A stretch of DNA of 64,000 bases from Promethearchaeati archaeon. Its GTDB lineage: Archaea > Asgardarchaeota > Heimdallarchaeia > JABLTI01. The notes under the pieces are model-generated. The model did no database searches. It worked only from the letters and a program-made list of their open reading frames with translations, and was not told the DNA's origin. Shown piece by piece: positions 58,830 through 64,000 of the stretch. Numbering within the stretch: the stretch's first letter is position 1; every line of letters begins with the position of its first letter. A program made the position numbers and the translations under genes. Where the stretch lies: positions 15,149 to 79,148 of the forward strand of contig JABLTI010000015.1 of NCBI GenBank assembly GCA_013166835.1, given 5' to 3'.

Positions 58830-59597
58830 TTATTCTAAATCACTACTAGGTGATATTTCGGATTCATCATGATTGTTGTTTTCTTTTTGTTTGGTCAAAT
58901 AACCGTTTAGGTTGAAAGCTGAAAGAAAAGAATGATTAATGGCTGTTTTTAACTCATCAATACCCTCGTTCGTAAGATTCGAGACTTTTATTGTATGAAT
59001 ATCTTCAATTTTCAAATCAAGACCTCTTTTCTCCAAGATTAAATCCCTAATAAATGATTGTGCTACTGCTATGTTTGCATCGCTAACCATTATGTTTTCG
59101 TAATCATCTAAATGAGTTCCAAGAATTATAATACTAGTATAAGGCTGGACCATATCCCTTTCAATAGCTCTATTTAACCAATATTCTAGTTCTAGAAAGG
59201 TTTTGATATCTGTTAAATCAAAAGTTAGAATTAAAGAAAGAACAATTTTAATTGGAGCGACATGAAAATAAAGATCAGCTGCATCTTCAAAAGCTAACCC
59301 TTCACCCAACTTAGCTCTACCTTTTTGACCTGGCATAATGAATATTTGTGAACTTGTTCTAACAAGATATTCTTCAATGTTTGATTGAAAAATGAAGTAA
59401 TCCCATTCTAAGTTCACCGATTTCCTCAGAGTTGCATCGCTAAGATTGAAAAAAGATTTTCTCTTAAATTCAGTAATGCTCATTGCAGTATGTGTTTTGC
59501 CAGTATTACCATCGCCAATAAATACAACGCCACCGGTGCAAATAATTTTGCTTTCTGTAAAACGAATCAACTTAGTAATATTTGCATCCTGCATCAT
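58830..59597 (-). CDS. Divergent Ras-superfamily small GTPase
   Basis: GDGNTGKT, G3-like IMPGQ, FDLT..TF..LEYWL, G4-like THLD, G5 VSNLTNEGIDEL. Confidence 0.75.
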   Translation of the reverse strand: MMQDANITKLIRFTESKIICTGGVVFIGDGNTGKTHTAMSITEFKRKSFFNLSDATLRKSVNLEWDYFIFQSNIEEYLVRTSSQIFIMPGQKGRAKLGEGLAFEDAADLYFHVAPIKIVLSLILTFDLTDIKTFLELEYWLNRAIERDMVQPYTSIIILGTHLDDYENIMVSDANIAVAQSFIRDLILEKRGLDLKIEDIHTIKVSNLTNEGIDELKTAINHSFLSAFNLNGYLTKQKENNNHDESEISPSSDLE

Positions 59598-59895
59598 TAA
59601 TCTACTAGCCCCAGTTTAATTTTTCTCAAAATTTTAATTACATTGTACGGTTTTTAATCTGTATAGATTTAAGCAATTCAACACGAATTTTATCGGTATA
59701 ATCTTTTTTCGGTGATTTCATATAAATAACTATAGTTGAACGCAAAACGGAAAAAAAGATAAAATTGATTTTTGTGAAATTTCTTTTTGTTTTTCATATG
59801 TGAAAAGTTAAAATAAAGGAAAGTAAATCGGTTATTATTCAAAAATTGATAGTATTAAAAAAAAAGACTATTAGTGAATTTGTTGGTAAATTATA

Positions 59896-60759
59896 TTGGC
59901 ATACTTTAGAGGAGATCCTTCAAAATATATCATTAAATTTGTTGATGGAAAAAGAAGACGAGCTGGTTTAGGTTTAAGCTTCTTCTATTTCAAGATGAAT
60001 ACAAGCATTGCAGCAATACCTGCATTGACGAATGATTCTGGGTTTGTATTCAATGAAACAACCAAGAATAAATAAGCAATTACTCTTCAAGGACGTTTCA
60101 CTTATAGAATTAGAGATCCAAAAAAGATGGCTACAATTCTTGACTTCCAAATACACCCCCGAACAAGACAATATCAGGCTGAAGATCCAGAAAAACTTGA
60201 GTTAAGAATAAGAAATGTTATTCAGGTTAGAACTCGAGGTGAAGTTGAAAAAATGGTTTTAGAAGAAGCACTAGTTTCTTCTGAGAAACTCACAAGTACA
60301 GTTTTGGAATCAGTAGAAGGTCAAGCGATAATAAAAGAAATGGGGATAGATATTCTCTCAATTACTTTTCTATCAATAACTCATACACCTGAAATTGCTT
60401 GAGCGTTAGAAGCTGAATATAGAGAAAGCTTGCAAATGAAAGCAGACAAAGCTATCTATGAAAGAAGAGCTGCAGCAGTGGAACAAGAAAGCAAAATTAA
60501 GGAAAACGAACTCAATTCACAAATTACATTGGAAAAGAAACGAAAAGAATTGATTGCATTAGAAGGAGCAAATATCATTAAAGAAGCTGAGTTTCACGCA
60601 AAAGCAAAAGAAACCGAGCTTGCTGCTTACAAGAAATTAGCTCCTAATGTATTACTTGCTTTAGCACTCAAGGAAATAGGTGAAAACGCAGAGAAAATAG
60701 ACACCTTAACTATAACACCAGACATACTTACCTCGATTTTAAAAGAGACCAAAAAATAA
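59896..60759 (+). pseudogene. SPFH/band-7 protein gene with two in-frame stops
   Basis: One frame from TTG 59896: AYFRGDPSKY..GLGLSFFY..K*AITLQG..YRIRDP..PEIA*ALEAEYRE..ADKAIYERRAAAVEQE; TAA at 60073, TGA at 60400. Confidence 0.88.
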
Positions 60760-60772
60760 CAAGGTAATGTAG

Positions 60773-61720
60773 ATGGTCAAGATTGACAAAATAGTTGTTG
60801 TAACTAAAAAAACTTAGTTAGAAGAACTTATAGAACGATTCAATACGAAATCACAAGCAAAATTTTACATAGAACATATGGGTGGCTCGTTCGAAGATTA
60901 CGAAGATGCCCATAAACAATACCATGTATCATTAGATAAACTGAAGAAATTAATGCCACTGGATATTAAATATCAAATTATCGAAAAATCATTTCTCCCA
61001 AATTTTCTCTTTGGACCAAATAATCTAGTCGTTTGCATCGGGCAAGATGGATTAGTAATTAATACTGCAAAATATCTCAAGAATCAACTAATAATTGCAG
61101 TGAATCCTAACCCAGAAAGGTTTGATGGGGTAATGATACCATTTGCTGTTGAACAATTTCCTAAAATACTGACGAAAGTGGTAGATGGTAATCATTCGAC
61201 AATTAAAGTAACAATGGTAGTTGCAAAACTAAACAATAATCAACAACTATATGGTGTAAATGATCTCTTCATTGGTCACAAAACACATGGTTCTGCCCGT
61301 TATTCAATTACATTCAAAGGAAGAACCGAACCTCATAGTTCAAGTGGGATAATTGTTTCAACAGGTGCAGGTTCAACAGCTTGGTTCAAATCCGTTATAA
61401 CCGGTGCGATAGGTTTAGTGAATCAATTCAGAAGAAACGATGTTTGGTTGGAACAAGCTACTGAAGATGAATATCGTTTTCCATGGGATGCAAGTTATCT
61501 CTCCTTTGCAGTTAGGGAACCTTTCATTAGTAAAATCTCCGAAGCAACAATGATTTATGATACAATCTACTCAGGGGATGAGCTAATTATCGAATCAAAT
61601 ATGCCAGAAAATGGTGTCATTTTTAGTGATGGCATTCAGAAAGATTTTCTTGAGTTTAATTCTGGAACAATTGCAAAAATAGGAGTAGCAGATAAAAAAG
61701 CGAATTTAGTAGTTAGATAA
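60773..61720 (+). pseudogene. NAD kinase-like protein gene with an early in-frame stop
   Basis: ATG 60773 MVKIDKIVVVTKKT*LEELIERFNT (TAG 60815); GQDGLVINTAKY, VNDLFIG, SSSGIIVSTGAGSTAW, FSDG. Confidence 0.85.
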
Positions 61721-61733
61721 AAAAAAATGATTA

Positions 61734-61758
61734 AAAGGTGAAAGAATTCTTCACCTTT
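61734..61758. terminator. Hairpin between convergent genes
   Basis: aaaggtgaa-agaattc-ttcaccttt, flanked by A and T runs. Confidence 0.6.
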
Positions 61759-63265
61759 ATTTTTTCCAGTATCTTAAAACATCAACAACTAAACGAACTG
61801 CTACACCTTTGCTTCCTTGAGGATTATAATCCTTATCGCTTTCTTGTCCAGAGGAACCAGCAATATCCATATGGATCCAAGGAACTTCCTCAACGAATTT
61901 GCTTAGAAATCTAGCAGCAGTGATTGCTCCACCAGGACGACCTCCTGTATGCTTGAAATCAGCAATATCACTCTTTAGTTGTGTATCATAGACTTTCCAG
62001 AGAGGCATACGCCAAACACGTTCACCACTGGTTTCAGATGCTTTCTCAAGTATATCTGCTAAATCATCATCATTTGCAAAATATCCAATTGCATGATTAC
62101 CTAAAGCAACAGCCATAGAACCAGTGAGGGTAGCGAAATCAAACATAGCTTTTGGTTTATAGTTACGGGCTGCATAGGTTAGGGCATCATTAATGATCAT
62201 TCTTCCTTCTGCATCAGTACTAACTACTTCTACAGTCTGTCCACTGTAACTCTTGACGATATCTCCGGGATGATAAGCTTTACCTGAAGGCATGTTGTCG
62301 GTTGCTGGAACAATTCCTACAATCCTCACATCTGGTTTTAATTGGGCTATGGCTTCCATTATAGCGATAACAATAGCTCCACCGGTCATATCTGCCTTCA
62401 TACTTGGCATACCTTGACTTGGTTTTAGACTAATACCGCCTGTATCAAAAGTAATAGCTTTTCCAATTAAAGCAACTGTATCAACATCTTTCTTCTCAGA
62501 ACCATAGTCCATGATAATGAACTTAGGTGGTTCTTCGGTTCCTTGAGCGACAGCTAAAAAGCTATGTAATCCAATTTCTTCAGATTTCTTGCGATCAAAC
62601 ACAGTGGTTTTAATACCATACTCCTTATCTAATCGCATTGCTTCTTCTGCTAGTTTAGTGGGGGTGATATCATTTGCGGGGCCCCAGGCTAGTTCTCTAC
62701 TGAAGTTGACTGCTTTTGCGATTACTTTGCCAGTTTTTACTACCGCTTTCAAAGCTTTTTCATCAGCGTCTGGACTAAAGATAATTAGTTCCTCTAAGTG
62801 CTTGAACTTGTCAAGGTCCTTTGTTTTATACTTCAAATTCTGGAAACTACCCATTATTATCCCTTGAACGACAGCTTCAGCTACATCAGCAAGAAGGAGT
62901 TTGTTTCGCATAAAATGATTAATACTAATAGCTACTTTCTTGACATTAAGATCTCGAGCTTTTCTAGAAGCATTACCAAGTGCTTTACGAATACCCTCAG
63001 CTTTAAGCTCTTCTTCCTTACCTAACCCAACAAGAAGTAAACGTTTTGCTGGTAGTTCACCTCGAGTATACGTGAAAAGAAGCTCACCAGATTCACCCTT
63101 AAAGTCATCAAGCTCAATAATTTCCTTAACAACCTTACCAAGAGAACCCTTATCTTTCCCAACTAAGGAATCATCCTTAGCTTTCTCAACAGCACCAACT
63201 ATAATCAAAGGTGCATCAATTTTTTCTAAATCAGAAATCACTGTGGAAACTTTCATTTCAGACAC
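61757..63265 (-). CDS. pepA: Leucyl aminopeptidase (M17)
   Basis: GKAITFDTGGISLKP, MKADMTG, STDAEGR, ATLTG, WIHMDIAG. Confidence 0.95.
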   Translation of the reverse strand: MSEMKVSTVISDLEKIDAPLIIVGAVEKAKDDSLVGKDKGSLGKVVKEIIELDDFKGESGELLFTYTRGELPAKRLLLVGLGKEEELKAEGIRKALGNASRKARDLNVKKVAISINHFMRNKLLLADVAEAVVQGIIMGSFQNLKYKTKDLDKFKHLEELIIFSPDADEKALKAVVKTGKVIAKAVNFSRELAWGPANDITPTKLAEEAMRLDKEYGIKTTVFDRKKSEEIGLHSFLAVAQGTEEPPKFIIMDYGSEKKDVDTVALIGKAITFDTGGISLKPSQGMPSMKADMTGGAIVIAIMEAIAQLKPDVRIVGIVPATDNMPSGKAYHPGDIVKSYSGQTVEVVSTDAEGRMIINDALTYAARNYKPKAMFDFATLTGSMAVALGNHAIGYFANDDDLADILEKASETSGERVWRMPLWKVYDTQLKSDIADFKHTGGRPGGAITAARFLSKFVEEVPWIHMDIAGSSGQESDKDYNPQGSKGVAVRLVVDVLRYWKK

Positions 63266-63370
63266 AACTGATAATTTTCTGCTGTAAAGGAAAAAATAAC
63301 CTTACTTATATTTTGTTATAAGCAAAGGAAAAGAAAAAAAAGAAGAAAAAGAGCTGTCTTCAGAAGAATT

Positions 63371-63727
63371 CTACATCATTTGTTTCATGAAAGCAATTCC
63401 TTCTTCACTAAATTCTAAGTCAAGAACAACTTCTTTAGTACCCTTCGAAATAAGAGAATCAAATGGTTTAACCCACCAAGTAGGAGGATCTTCTATATCC
63501 TTTGGTTGAATGAAATTAAAAATAAGTTCAACTGCTTGTTGTATAACACTTTCATCTTGACCTTTAAGAATATCAGTGAAAACATGTTGAGAAACAACTT
63601 GTTTTATGGTTTTATCTTGGTAATCAGCAGGTTTTAAATCAACAGATCTCTTAGGAGCATTACCCCCAATAGTTAGATCCGGTGTATTAAGAATTAATTT
63701 AATGCTCATAGTTAACCCAAACACCAT
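63371..63727 (-). CDS. Hypothetical protein
   Basis: 118-aa ORF co-directional with its neighbours; no motif recognised; start 63727 or 63709. Confidence 0.6.
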   Translation of the reverse strand: MVFGLTMSIKLILNTPDLTIGGNAPKRSVDLKPADYQDKTIKQVVSQHVFTDILKGQDESVIQQAVELIFNFIQPKDIEDPPTWWVKPFDSLISKGTKEVVLDLEFSEEGIAFMKQMM

Positions 63728-63814
63728 ATGTTATTAGGAAGCAAGTAAAAATAAGGACAAAATAAACTTAATAAACCGTTGGTGTAGGCAAAGAAGAAAA
63801 TGGTGAAAAAAGAC

Positions 63815-64000
63815 TCACCATTTATTGTAACTGATTTTCTCCTGATTGAAACGATCAACTGGTTCCTTTTTCTCAGTAGGATAACCTATTGCATTCAATG
63901 AAAGAGGAACTACATCTGATGGGAGTCCTAATAAATCAGTAATGCCAACAACTCGTTCTTGTATGGGATATATGCCTAACCAAACTGCTCCAAGACCTTT
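63815..64000 (-). CDS. Nitroreductase family protein, 3' part (not in the ORF track)
   Basis: Manual translation KGLGAVWLGIYPIQERV..LLGLPSDVVPLSLNAIGYPTEKKEPVDRFNQEKISYNKW*. Confidence 0.88.
   Translation of the reverse strand, partial: KGLGAVWLGIYPIQERVVGITDLLGLPSDVVPLSLNAIGYPTEKKEPVDRFNQEKISYNKW

Noticed and set aside
59896-61720. Stop-codon reassignment, selenocysteine or pyrrolysine readthrough
   Set aside because: All three stop types occur, at non-catalytic positions, and TAA, TAG and TGA each terminate normal genes elsewhere in the window
321-63287. Numerous short antisense or overlapping ORFs in the ORF track (e.g. 13706-14119, 38048-38551, 62940-63287)
   Set aside because: They shadow well-supported genes and have no motifs
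63371-63727. Ubiquitin-like protein
   Set aside because: No C-terminal GG and no convincing beta-grasp signature by eye
1-64000. tRNA, rRNA or transposase genes
   Set aside because: No GC-rich cloverleaf or rRNA-like tracts, and no DDE/HUH/tyrosine recombinase motifs were recognised

Overview
AT-rich (roughly one-third GC by eye) chromosomal segment that reads as an Asgard archaeon, most likely Heimdallarchaeia. This is inferred from gene content: profilin, Rab- and Rag-like small GTPases, roadblock/longin/DENN-like proteins, membrane RING-finger proteins and PGF-type anchored surface proteins. Housekeeping and metabolic genes include valS, a DRG-type GTPase, surE, pepA, ferredoxin plus AOR, two degV genes, a NifX/MinD-ATPase cluster and an unusual icd-aconitase-citDEFX operon. 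Four observations stand out. (1) A ~20 kb eukaryote-like small-GTPase signalling neighbourhood (39.6-59.6 kb), centred on a 1559-aa single-pass Ig-repeat receptor whose cytoplasmic tail looks like a uDENN/longin domain and which lies between small GTPase genes. (2) A profilin gene tail-to-tail with a 1021-aa coiled-coil/polyproline/triple PRC-barrel-like protein, a candidate profilin-recruiting scaffold. (3) A surface-protein gene inserted between two diverged copies of the AOR 3' end. (4) Decaying arrays and pseudogenes (TM-RING genes, SPFH-NAD kinase operon) and a dispersed CG-rich palindrome. No rRNA, tRNA, CRISPR array or transposase was recognised. All family assignments come from reading motifs by eye, not from database searches.
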